Positions 18,766-27,495 of a stretch of DNA of 37,195 nucleotides are shown here, piece by piece. The notes under the pieces are model-generated. The model worked only from the letters and a program-made list of their open reading frames with translations, made no database searches and had not been told where the DNA came from. The DNA is from Halodesulfurarchaeum sp. GTDB lineage: Archaea > Halobacteriota > Halobacteria > Halobacteriales > Halobacteriaceae. The DNA lies in assembly GCA_042216015.1 (NCBI GenBank), contig JBDGUI010000010.1, positions 1-37,195 on the forward strand. The letters are read 5' to 3'. How positions within the stretch are numbered: the first letter of the stretch is position 1; every line of letters starts with the position of its first letter. A program made the position numbers and the translations under genes.

Positions 18766-20319
18766 TCAGTTTTCGGCCGGTTGGTTGCCGACTCGCTTCC
18801 CGGCATAATCCTTGCCGAGATAGTAGTTGATCCACGATGAGGTCCCCTCGAGATCCCAGTCCGGCGGGGGAATGTACGTCTCCCGAAGTTTCTCGCGTGC
18901 CTTCTCCATGCCACCGTCGGCCTTCAACTTGCGGTAGGCCCGCACGTAGATGCACTCGTCCTGTTCCGGATAGACCTCGCAGTAGCCGTCGTAACTTCCG
19001 CCACAGGGGCCGTTTCGCTCGTTTTTCGGACACTGTGACATCGGGCAGAGATAGGCCAAGTCAAAGAGCGCGCAGTTCCCGCATTCTTGGCACTCGTTCG
19101 AGATGGTCTTTGCGATCCGCTCGAAACTCTCGTAGGGCCCCTCCATCCAGGTGTCATCGACCTTCTTCGCGGTGTAGCGCATGGGTCCGAACAGTGGGCC
19201 ATCGGGCTCGAACATGACCTCGTGGGCGACCTTGAATCCGCGATATTTCAGGTCCTGGTGCGGGTTCTCGGGGCGCGGAGCGTGCGTGTCGGCGTTGAGG
19301 CCCGTTTCCGGGTCCTGTTCGTAATAGTAGTAGAAGTTGCCCGGGTACTGGAACTCCTCGACGAGGCCCTCCCACTCCGAAACCAGCTCTTCGCCGCGCT
19401 CGACGATGTACTCGACGTCGTCGTAATCCGGACTGTGTCCACCGATGTGAACGCCGGCAAAGCCCATGCCCTTCATGAAGGCGTACATCTTCGCCGCTCG
19501 CTCGAGCATCGCCCCGTGTGGATCCTCGCCGTCCTGTTCGGCGAGCACCTCCTCCCGGAGCGAATCCGAAACGATCGCTCCCGGGATATTCTTGCCGTTC
19601 ATCGCCCTGGCCGAACCCGGATCGAGCACATAGAGGTTTCCGATGACCGGCACCTCGAGGTTCTGCTCCTCGACGTACTGGAGCAGTTCGTGGAACTTTC
19701 GCGCGTCGAAGCCGACCTGGGGGATGATGAACTCTGCGCCTCGCTCGACCTTCATCTCCAGCTTCCAGTACTGGGGAATCAACTCGGCCTCGAGGTTCTT
19801 GAAGGGCGACACCACGGCGCCCGGGAAGAAGTCTGCATCGGCAAGCTCGTTGTGGCGCCCGAAGGCGTCCTCGAACTCGTACCCGTCGTTGAGTTCCGAG
19901 ACGAAATCGAGGGCCTGGACTGGATCGAGGTCGTAGACAGCCTTGGCCTGTCCCTCGTAGGCCTCCCCCTGGTGGTCGCCGCTCATGATCAGGAGGTTGT
20001 GGATGTCCTCGCGTTCCAGGGCGTGCAGCTGTCCCTCGATCTGATTGCGGTTCTTGTCCTTCGTGGTGAAGTGGACGAGCGGTTCGATTCCCTTCTCGTG
20101 GAGCTTCATCCCGAGGTAATCGGCCGAGAGTGCGGGCGTGCCGCCTGGATTGTCCGTCAAGGAGACGGCGTCGACGATCGTTCCATCCGCGGCGAGCGAG
20201 GCGTTCTCGAATACTTCCTCCTGCTGGGTCTCGGTGGCGCCCCGACCTGGGATGAGTTCCCAGGTGACCGCGAACTCGTCCTCATCGAGGACGGCCTTCC
20301 TGAAGTCGCCGCTCGTCAT
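18766..20319 (-). CDS. metF: Methylenetetrahydrofolate reductase with fused C-terminal 8-Cys MetV-like domain
   Basis: TDNPGG, HFTTKDKNR, LIMSGD, KVERGAEFIIPQ; C-terminal CQECGNC..CP...CPK...NGPCGG...CEV...CIY. Confidence 0.88.
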   Translation of the reverse strand: MTSGDFRKAVLDEDEFAVTWELIPGRGATETQQEEVFENASLAADGTIVDAVSLTDNPGGTPALSADYLGMKLHEKGIEPLVHFTTKDKNRNQIEGQLHALEREDIHNLLIMSGDHQGEAYEGQAKAVYDLDPVQALDFVSELNDGYEFEDAFGRHNELADADFFPGAVVSPFKNLEAELIPQYWKLEMKVERGAEFIIPQVGFDARKFHELLQYVEEQNLEVPVIGNLYVLDPGSARAMNGKNIPGAIVSDSLREEVLAEQDGEDPHGAMLERAAKMYAFMKGMGFAGVHIGGHSPDYDDVEYIVERGEELVSEWEGLVEEFQYPGNFYYYYEQDPETGLNADTHAPRPENPHQDLKYRGFKVAHEVMFEPDGPLFGPMRYTAKKVDDTWMEGPYESFERIAKTISNECQECGNCALFDLAYLCPMSQCPKNERNGPCGGSYDGYCEVYPEQDECIYVRAYRKLKADGGMEKAREKLRETYIPPPDWDLEGTSSWINYYLGKDYAGKRVGNQPAEN

Positions 20320-20579
20320 CGTGTTCTCCCCCGAAAACCGCGATGGATCGGCGTTTTCGTGGCTGTGCGGACGTCAGACGGGGAACGCAGTTTTCGGCAT
20401 CGACGCGTGGAGCTCATCACACTGTCCGGAATTTGGCCGTTTGTAATCTAAAGCGTTTTCATACGGGCGGCTGTGCTGGGGTATGCTCTCGGTCCCAGAG
20501 CGGTATCTCTCGGTTCCAGACCGGGTCCCCGACCACGAATCAAAACGTTGATACGGGTTTGCCCGGACTCTCACCTGTC

Positions 20580-20990
20580 ATGGCTGTAACTGACCTGCTT
20601 GCCGTGTTTTCCGCCGAGATCGAGCGGAAAGACGGCGAATACGTGATTTCGATTCCCGAACGAGAGATCGACGTGGGGGACCTCGATCCCGATACAGTCT
20701 ACAGATTCGGCGTTCTGGACACCGTCACGTCGACGGGGTCCTCCAAGAGCGGCGACTCGGGTCGCTCGACACCCCCGGTCGACGAGGGTGACGTACTCGA
20801 GGTCGAGATCGATTCGAAGGGCGAGGAGGGCGACGGTATCGCCTACGTGGAGGGTGGGTACGTCGTCTTCGTTCCCAACACGGCCATCGGGGACGTTGTC
20901 ACCGTGGAGGTGGTCAGCGTGGGCCCGCGATTCGCCCGCGCCGAACCCGTCGAGGGGACGCCGTCGGACTCGGACATCGAGTCGGTGTAG
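20580..20990 (+). CDS. TRAM-domain RNA-binding protein
   Basis: PPVDEGDVLEVEID..GEEGDGIA.VEGGYVVFVP. Start ATG 20580. Confidence 0.9.
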   Translation: MAVTDLLAVFSAEIERKDGEYVISIPEREIDVGDLDPDTVYRFGVLDTVTSTGSSKSGDSGRSTPPVDEGDVLEVEIDSKGEEGDGIAYVEGGYVVFVPNTAIGDVVTVEVVSVGPRFARAEPVEGTPSDSDIESV

Positions 20991-21029
20991 GTGGGCGACC
21001 CGTCGAATTTTTCGCCAGCAGCGTTTCCA

Positions 21030-22745
21030 TCAGTCCAGGGTGATCTTCACGTCCTCGCGTGTCGGTGCCTCGAGAACGGCGCCAGTCGCCGCACTCGTGG
21101 CCATCGCGGCGTACTTCGAGAGCACGCCGGACGTCTCGTTCTCGGGTGGCTCCCACTCCGCTGCACGCGCTTCGAGTGTCTCCCGGGAAACGGCCAGATC
21201 GAGACGCCGTTCGTCGACGTCGATGACGATCGTGTCCCCCTCTTTTACGAGGGCGATCGGTCCACCGGCAGCCGCCTCCGGGCTCACGTGCCCGATGGCT
21301 GCCCCTCTGGTGCCACCGGAGAAGCGCCCGTCGGTGATCAGGGCCACTTTTCCTGCGAGCCTGGGCGACCCACTCACCTTCGACGTCGGTTCGAGCATCT
21401 CCGGCATCCCCGGACCGCCGCGCGGTCCCTCGTGGCGAATCACCACGACGTCGCCGGGATCGATTCGTTCGCCATCCAGCGCCTCGAGTGCGGCGGCCTG
21501 GGACTCGAATACCCTGGCTCGTCCCTCGAAGTGGTGCATCGACTCGTCCATGGCGCCGGCCTTGACGACCGCCCCATCCGGGGCGAGATTTCCCTCCAGG
21601 ACGGCCAAACTGTCGCCGTCCCGAACTGGATCGTCCCGGGGTTGTATGACTGTTCCACCACGCGCGGCGTCGGCGATTCGATCGCCGATCGAAACGCCCT
21701 CGACCGTGGGCCGATCGGCGTGCATTTCGTCTTCGAGTTCGGCCATGACCGCGGGTACGCCGCCGTCGTCGCGGAGGTGTTCCATGCGCCACGGCCCGGC
21801 GGGACTCATGTGGGCGAGGTGGGGTGTCTGCTCGGCGAGAGCGTCGAAGTCGGCGAGCGTGATGTCGAGGCCGGCCTCCGAGGCGATGGCGGGGACGTGA
21901 AGCATCGTATTGGTGCTTCCTCCCAGTGCGAGATCCACCCGGAGTGCGTCCTCGAATGCCTCCTCCGTCAGCAGATCCGACGGCCGAACGTCGTTTTTCA
22001 CGAGTTCGAGCACCTGGGCTCCGCTCTCGTGGGCGATGTCACGCTTTCTCTCGTCCGTGGCCCCGTAGGTCGCACATTCCGTAACGGAGAGGCCGAGCGC
22101 CTCGGTGACACAGGCCATCGTGTTGGCCGTGAACATTCCCGCACAGGACCCCTCCCCCGGGCAGGCGGTACACTCCAACTCGTAGAGTTCGTCCTCGCTG
22201 AGTTCGCCCTCCCGGTACCTGCTGACACCCTCGAAGACCGTCACGAGGTCGGCCGGCTCGTCCTGAAAGCTGCCGGCGGCCATGTGTCCGCCGGTGACGA
22301 CGATCGCCGGAATGTCGAGTCGTGCGACCGCCATCAACATCCCGGGGACGATCTTATCACACGACGCCATTGCGACGAGTCCGTCGAACTGGTGAGCGTT
22401 TGCCATCAATTCGACGGAGTCGGCGATCGTCTCCCGCGAGGGAAGGCTCGACCGCATTCCCTCGTGGCCCATGGCGATTCCGTCGTCGGCGGCGATCGTA
22501 TTGAACTCCAGTGGCGTGCCACCCGCCTCGCGAACGCCCGCCTTGACGTGTGTCGCGAGTTCGTCGAGATGGACGTGACCCGGAACGATTTCGTTCCAGG
22601 AGTTCGCGATCCCGATGAGCGGCTGATGGATCTCCTCGTCGTCGAGTCCCGCGGCCCGGAAAAGTGACCGATGTGGAGCTCTATCGACGCCCTCTGTGAC
22701 CTTCGCGCTTCGCAGATCGTCCGCTTTCTCCGTGCTGTTGGCCAT
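21030..22745 (-). CDS. ilvD: Dihydroxy-acid dehydratase
   Basis: SLPSRETIADS, CDK..PG, GSCAGMFTANTM, GGSTN, GGPGMPEM, TDGRFSG, GHVSPEA. Confidence 0.97.
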   Translation of the reverse strand: MANSTEKADDLRSAKVTEGVDRAPHRSLFRAAGLDDEEIHQPLIGIANSWNEIVPGHVHLDELATHVKAGVREAGGTPLEFNTIAADDGIAMGHEGMRSSLPSRETIADSVELMANAHQFDGLVAMASCDKIVPGMLMAVARLDIPAIVVTGGHMAAGSFQDEPADLVTVFEGVSRYREGELSEDELYELECTACPGEGSCAGMFTANTMACVTEALGLSVTECATYGATDERKRDIAHESGAQVLELVKNDVRPSDLLTEEAFEDALRVDLALGGSTNTMLHVPAIASEAGLDITLADFDALAEQTPHLAHMSPAGPWRMEHLRDDGGVPAVMAELEDEMHADRPTVEGVSIGDRIADAARGGTVIQPRDDPVRDGDSLAVLEGNLAPDGAVVKAGAMDESMHHFEGRARVFESQAAALEALDGERIDPGDVVVIRHEGPRGGPGMPEMLEPTSKVSGSPRLAGKVALITDGRFSGGTRGAAIGHVSPEAAAGGPIALVKEGDTIVIDVDERRLDLAVSRETLEARAAEWEPPENETSGVLSKYAAMATSAATGAVLEAPTREDVKITLD

Positions 22746-22826
22746 CCTGTTCTCGACAGTGACTGGGTTCTCCGTTCCCCTTAACCTGTCCGGTGTGTGC
22801 GGGACTTGCGATGGGTCGTTCCCGAG

Positions 22827-23459
22827 TCAGGTTCCCCGTCGTCGGTATGCCACCTCCAGCGCGACGAGCGCGAGGAGGCCACCGACGAGAATCATCGCCC
22901 CCGGCTCCACGAGGAGGTTTCCAACGCTTTCGACGATCCCGGGACCAGTATTGACGGCTGTTTCCTGGGCCGACGTGGTCATGTACACCACTTCGCCACC
23001 GGCGGATCCGCCGGGGGAAATCCGCGAGCCGAGCGCGAACTGGGCGAGCACGCTACCGATGACGATCGTCGAGATCGCCCCGATCATGCGCTTGAGCCGC
23101 GATTCCATTTCGTCCCGATCGTCCTCGCCCTCGACGACCACGAGGGGATCGCTGGTCGGAGCGAACACGGACATCTCCGCTCCCTTCTCGGAGTATCGAG
23201 TGCCCACCGGCTCGACCAGGTCGACGTCGACCAGCTTTTCGAGGTGGTAGTGGATGTTCTGGAGGGACGTGTCGGTGTGGGAGGCCAGTTCGGACGGGGT
23301 CGAGGGCTCATCGTAGAGTTCCTCGAGCATGCCTCGTCGGGTCTCCGATGCCAGGGCCTCGAAGACCTCGTCCACGCCACTCCCGTCGAGGGCGACGACT
23401 CGCGGTTCGGTCGCGGCAGACGCGTCGCCCGTTCGAATCTTGGTGAGTGGACTCGACAT
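22827..23459 (-). CDS. ArsR-family wHTH regulator with two C-terminal hydrophobic segments
   Basis: ALASETRR..L..L, TPSELA...TSLQNIHYHLEKL; TTTTAA TATA ~30 nt upstream on the minus strand. Confidence 0.88.
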   Translation of the reverse strand: MSSPLTKIRTGDASAATEPRVVALDGSGVDEVFEALASETRRGMLEELYDEPSTPSELASHTDTSLQNIHYHLEKLVDVDLVEPVGTRYSEKGAEMSVFAPTSDPLVVVEGEDDRDEMESRLKRMIGAISTIVIGSVLAQFALGSRISPGGSAGGEVVYMTTSAQETAVNTGPGIVESVGNLLVEPGAMILVGGLLALVALEVAYRRRGT

Positions 23460-23677
23460 GCGGATACTGCTAACCGATTGCTCCCGGACGGTTAAAACCC
23501 TATCAGATGATCAAATCCTGATTGTACCGATCCGGGTGTCCGATCTTTGCAATGCGGGGGGTGGATTTTACCACCGGTTTTGAAGCGGGACAGTGAGTCG
23601 ATTCGGCCGAGATTGTTTCCACGGAGAACCGGGAAACCGCACCGATATGTCTGGACACCACAGGAACCGAACATTGG

Positions 23678-23773
23678 ACCGATAATCCGGGAAACCCCAC
23701 CGCGAATCCAGGAAAGCTTACCGCGAATCCAATAAACCAACACCGCGAATCCAGGATACCCCACCGCGAATCC
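23678..23773 (+). repeat. Phased direct repeats, ACCGCGAATCC core, 21-22 bp period
   Basis: Exact copies at 23699, 23720, 23742 and 23763; degenerate ACCGATAATCC at 23678. Confidence 0.9.
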
Positions 23774-23818
23774 GGGACACCGGTGGCACTTTGTGCGCTT
23801 GGCTCCTGCGTTCGGGCG

Positions 23819-24667
23819 ATGTGGCACTACCAGTCCGTCGAGTCGTTCGCGGACCGGCCGGAAGGGTATCTCGACGGCGGCCACTTCTGGATCCGGGAGT
23901 TCGTCACCGGCGGGGTGTTCGCGGTTCGGATGGCGGAATCGGGTCTGCTTGCGATGGCCGGACCGGACGGGGACTTCGGCTCGACGGGTCCCTGGCCGTA
24001 CCGCAGAGCGATCGAGGCGACACGGGACGAATTCGACCGTGACGGACTGCGTGCGGCAGTCGAGGATGTAACCCGGTACACGTTCTACGTGCTCGCGCCG
24101 CTCTCGGTTGGCATCGAGTACGAATGGGAGGCGATGCCGGCGCTCTTCGGGCTCGAAATCTGGGACGCCACCGCCGAATCGTTCCTCCCGGTCGACGTGG
24201 CAGATCGGGCGTTCGAGGAACTCGGTCTCTGGCCGATTCCAACGGTGGAGCGGGAGGTTCACGCCCGCGATCTGCAGGTCGGAACGGAGAACATCCCCGA
24301 AGCGGCGTTCGGTTCGGTGACCGCGGCCGGGATCGAACTCAGGAAGAAGCGTGGGGACTCCGTCGCGATCCTGCGGCCGGAATTCGAATCCGTGACTCGG
24401 GCCCCTCCCGGACCGGCCGGAAGTCCCGAGGCCCTCGATCCGTGGCTCGAAGATCGTCTGGACGCGGACTCGGTGGTCGCCCTGCACGAATCCGGTGACC
24501 GTCCACTCGACGCCTGGTCCCTCGAGGAGCAAACGACCGAGGTCGCCGCAGAACTGGCCAGACGCCGGTTCGATGAGGTCGGCTTCCTGGTCCTATCCGA
24601 ACCGGAGCGATTCGAGGAGGGTGTCAGAGACAGGTTGGTATCCCTGCGTCGAGCCTCGACGCGGTGA
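23819..24667 (+). CDS. RNA-ligase-like (nucleotidyltransferase fold) protein lacking the motif I lysine
   Basis: GHFWIREFVTG occupies the position of W..EKxDG; FGLEIWD and GIELR resemble later ligase motifs. Confidence 0.55.
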   Translation: MWHYQSVESFADRPEGYLDGGHFWIREFVTGGVFAVRMAESGLLAMAGPDGDFGSTGPWPYRRAIEATRDEFDRDGLRAAVEDVTRYTFYVLAPLSVGIEYEWEAMPALFGLEIWDATAESFLPVDVADRAFEELGLWPIPTVEREVHARDLQVGTENIPEAAFGSVTAAGIELRKKRGDSVAILRPEFESVTRAPPGPAGSPEALDPWLEDRLDADSVVALHESGDRPLDAWSLEEQTTEVAAELARRRFDEVGFLVLSEPERFEEGVRDRLVSLRRASTR

Positions 24668-24711
24668 ACTCCCGCAAGACTTTATCCCGCCGGTCGAAAA
24701 ATGGGAGCAGT

Positions 24712-27495
24712 ATGGGAACCCACGAGGTCGACGGCGAGGGGGACACGACTACCCCGTCGATTGACAGGGACGCCGTCGGCGAAACGGGCCCGGTGGAATC
24801 AACCCCACTCGAAGGGGACCGACGCGGGTCCGATGAGACTGGGAAGCGTGGCGATCACGACGACGATTCGCCCGCAGATCCGAGCGCGGACGACGAACGT
24901 GGCGATCACGAATCGATGGTGGCGAACGAGGGGGTTCAACGATCCGTGGGTCGGGCGATACGTGCGGCGTCGAACCTGGACAGGAGTGTCAGGGATCTGA
25001 TGGAGGATACCGCTCCAGTTCGGAAAGACCACTACACGTGGACCCATTTCAAGTGGGAATACTACTACGACGAGACGGGGTCGCCCCCGCGTGCAGACTC
25101 GGGAGAGATCGAGCCCTTCGAGGAGGCCGCTCATCTCGGATTCGATCCCGACCGCCTCGAGGGAATCCTGAGTCGTGGCGAGTCGGAGGCCACGGAACTT
25201 GCAGCCCTCATCGAGGAACGAACTGTCGACGTCCAACCCGAACTCGACGAGGACGCCTTCTTCTCCACTCGTGAGGGGGAAACCACGCTCACGAATCGGT
25301 ACGATCTCGAGCGGGCCGTCCCGGTGGAGAAGAAGACCCACTTTCGCGAGGAGGAGCGATACTGGGTCAACAAACCGTACGCCTTCGTCGTGATCTTTCA
25401 CTCCCGGAAGGAAAACGAGAAGAAGTATTACCTGATCGAACCCTCCCGGACGGAGATCGAGTCCGACCTCAAGGACTTCCTGACCGACAAACTCCGGACG
25501 GCCATCAAGTACGCCGAGGACGGTGTCGCCATCGGCGGGACGGATGCAGAGCGGAAAGCGGTCATCGAGCGCGAGACCGACCGACTGTTGAACCGGTACG
25601 ATCTCTACGACGATTCCCCTGAGAGCGGGTTCGAATCGAGGCTTGGCGGGTGGCTCGACCTCTCGGACCGTGATGGCTGGCTCGGCCGGATCGGCCGGGG
25701 GCTGGGACTGACGGGCACGGACGCGCAGGCGGAATCGGGCCCTCTCGAGGGGATTTCGGCCAGGCCGGAGTCCGCGATTCTGGCGGAAGACGATCCGGAA
25801 CTGAACGAGTACCAGGTCGAGAAGTTGCATTACCTGCTCACCCGGGACTTCACCGGCTACGAACGAATCGATGGCATCAAACACGACATCAACGTCGAGG
25901 ACATCTCCTGTGACGGCTACGAGAGCCCCGTGTTCGTCTATCACACCGACTACGAGCAACTCATCACGAACGTGCGACACGGGACCGAACAACTCGACGA
26001 TTTCGTGGTCAAACTCGCCCAGCGATCCGGAAAGGGGATCAGCAAGCGTCAGCCACAGGTCGACGCCACGCTCCCCGATGGCTCCCGGGCCCAGTTGACA
26101 CTCGGGACGGAGGTCTCGGACCACGGGACGAACTACACGATCCGACAGTTCAAGGACGTCCCCTTCACTCCGGTCGACCTCATCAACTGGAAGACCTTCT
26201 CACTCGAGGAGATGGCGTTTCTTTGGCTCTGCATCGAGAGCAACAAGTCACTCCTCTTCGGCGGCGGCACGGCCTCCGGGAAGACGACCAGTCTGAACGC
26301 GGTTTCGCTGTTCATCCCCAGCAACGCCAAGATCGTCTCCATCGAGGACACCCGGGAGGTCGAGTTGCCCCAGCGCAACTGGATCGCGTCGGTTACCCGC
26401 CCCTCCTTCGGAGAGGACGAAGCCGGCGACATCGACGAGTTCGACCTGCTGGAGGCCGCGCTACGCCAGCGTCCGGACTACATCATCATGGGCGAGGTTC
26501 GCGGGGAGGAGGGTCGGACCCTCTTCCAGGTCATGTCCACGGGCCATACCACCTACACCACCTTCCACGCGGACAACGTGAGCGAGGTCATCAAGCGCTT
26601 CACGACCGACCCGATCAACGTCTCGAAGACGCTCTTTACCGCACTCGACCTCGTCTCGATTCAGGCCTCGACCCGCGTCCGTGGGAAGAAGGTGCGCCGA
26701 AGCCGAAACATCACGGAGATCAGGCGCTACGACGCCGAAAACGACGAGATCAACGTCAACGACGTCTTCCAGTGGCGCCCGGAAACGGACACCTACCGGA
26801 GCACCGCGGAGTCGACGACCCTGGAGGAGATCAAATTCGATCGGGGCTGGTCCGAGGCGGAACTCCGGGAGCAACTGTTCCAGCGCCGGGTCATCCTCGC
26901 GTACCTCATCGAAAACGGGCTCGACACCTACACGGAGGTGGCCGCGACGATCCAGGCCTACATCAACGATCCCGAGACGCTCTTGACCCTGATCGCGAAC
27001 GACGAACTCGAAGCCGCCCTCGCCGACCTCCGGGAGATCGAGAGCGTGCTGATCGATGTCGATCCGGAGACCGAGGAGATGGTTCCCCGGCCGGACCCGG
27101 ACGAGGACATCCTCGAGACCACGGCAGCGATTCTCGAGGAGGCCGAGGAGGAACTGTTCCCCGAATATCGAGGCTCGAATGCGACCGGCATCGCCGATCT
27201 GCTCCCGGAACGAACGTCCACCGAGTCCCCGATCGAGGCGGGGCGGGCCGAACCCCCTGGTGCTGACGTTGCTACGGGAATCGACGAAAACGCCAAAGAT
27301 GCCGACGAAAACGTCGCGGATATCGACGGAAATGCCCCGAATATCGAGGAAAACGTGTCCACATCCACTGACGCGGCCGCCGACCAACGGGGGTCCGGGA
27401 CCGAATTCACAGATTCAAGCGTGGACCACTCCGAGAGGGATGAAGGCGACTCCGGGTCGGTCGATTCCGAATCGGAGGGAGCGGACACCGAATGA
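24712..27495 (+). CDS. pilB: Type IV pilus assembly ATPase
   Basis: Walker A GGTASGKTT, SIEDTRE, LRQRPDYIIMGEVRG, TGH..TTFHA. Start ATG 24712. Confidence 0.95.
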   Translation: MGTHEVDGEGDTTTPSIDRDAVGETGPVESTPLEGDRRGSDETGKRGDHDDDSPADPSADDERGDHESMVANEGVQRSVGRAIRAASNLDRSVRDLMEDTAPVRKDHYTWTHFKWEYYYDETGSPPRADSGEIEPFEEAAHLGFDPDRLEGILSRGESEATELAALIEERTVDVQPELDEDAFFSTREGETTLTNRYDLERAVPVEKKTHFREEERYWVNKPYAFVVIFHSRKENEKKYYLIEPSRTEIESDLKDFLTDKLRTAIKYAEDGVAIGGTDAERKAVIERETDRLLNRYDLYDDSPESGFESRLGGWLDLSDRDGWLGRIGRGLGLTGTDAQAESGPLEGISARPESAILAEDDPELNEYQVEKLHYLLTRDFTGYERIDGIKHDINVEDISCDGYESPVFVYHTDYEQLITNVRHGTEQLDDFVVKLAQRSGKGISKRQPQVDATLPDGSRAQLTLGTEVSDHGTNYTIRQFKDVPFTPVDLINWKTFSLEEMAFLWLCIESNKSLLFGGGTASGKTTSLNAVSLFIPSNAKIVSIEDTREVELPQRNWIASVTRPSFGEDEAGDIDEFDLLEAALRQRPDYIIMGEVRGEEGRTLFQVMSTGHTTYTTFHADNVSEVIKRFTTDPINVSKTLFTALDLVSIQASTRVRGKKVRRSRNITEIRRYDAENDEINVNDVFQWRPETDTYRSTAESTTLEEIKFDRGWSEAELREQLFQRRVILAYLIENGLDTYTEVAATIQAYINDPETLLTLIANDELEAALADLREIESVLIDVDPETEEMVPRPDPDEDILETTAAILEEAEEELFPEYRGSNATGIADLLPERTSTESPIEAGRAEPPGADVATGIDENAKDADENVADIDGNAPNIEENVSTSTDAAADQRGSGTEFTDSSVDHSERDEGDSGSVDSESEGADTE

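Noticed and set aside
20991..22667. 558-aa + strand ORF, and similar long antisense ORFs (8939-10084, 15574-16866, 19087-20451, 24799-26124, 28518-29753, 32896-34350)
   Set aside because: Shadow frames of well-supported genes, expected in high-GC DNA; no motifs and non-halophilic composition.
23678..23773. CRISPR mini-array
   Set aside because: The 11-bp core and ~10-bp linkers are far too short, and there are no cas genes in the window.
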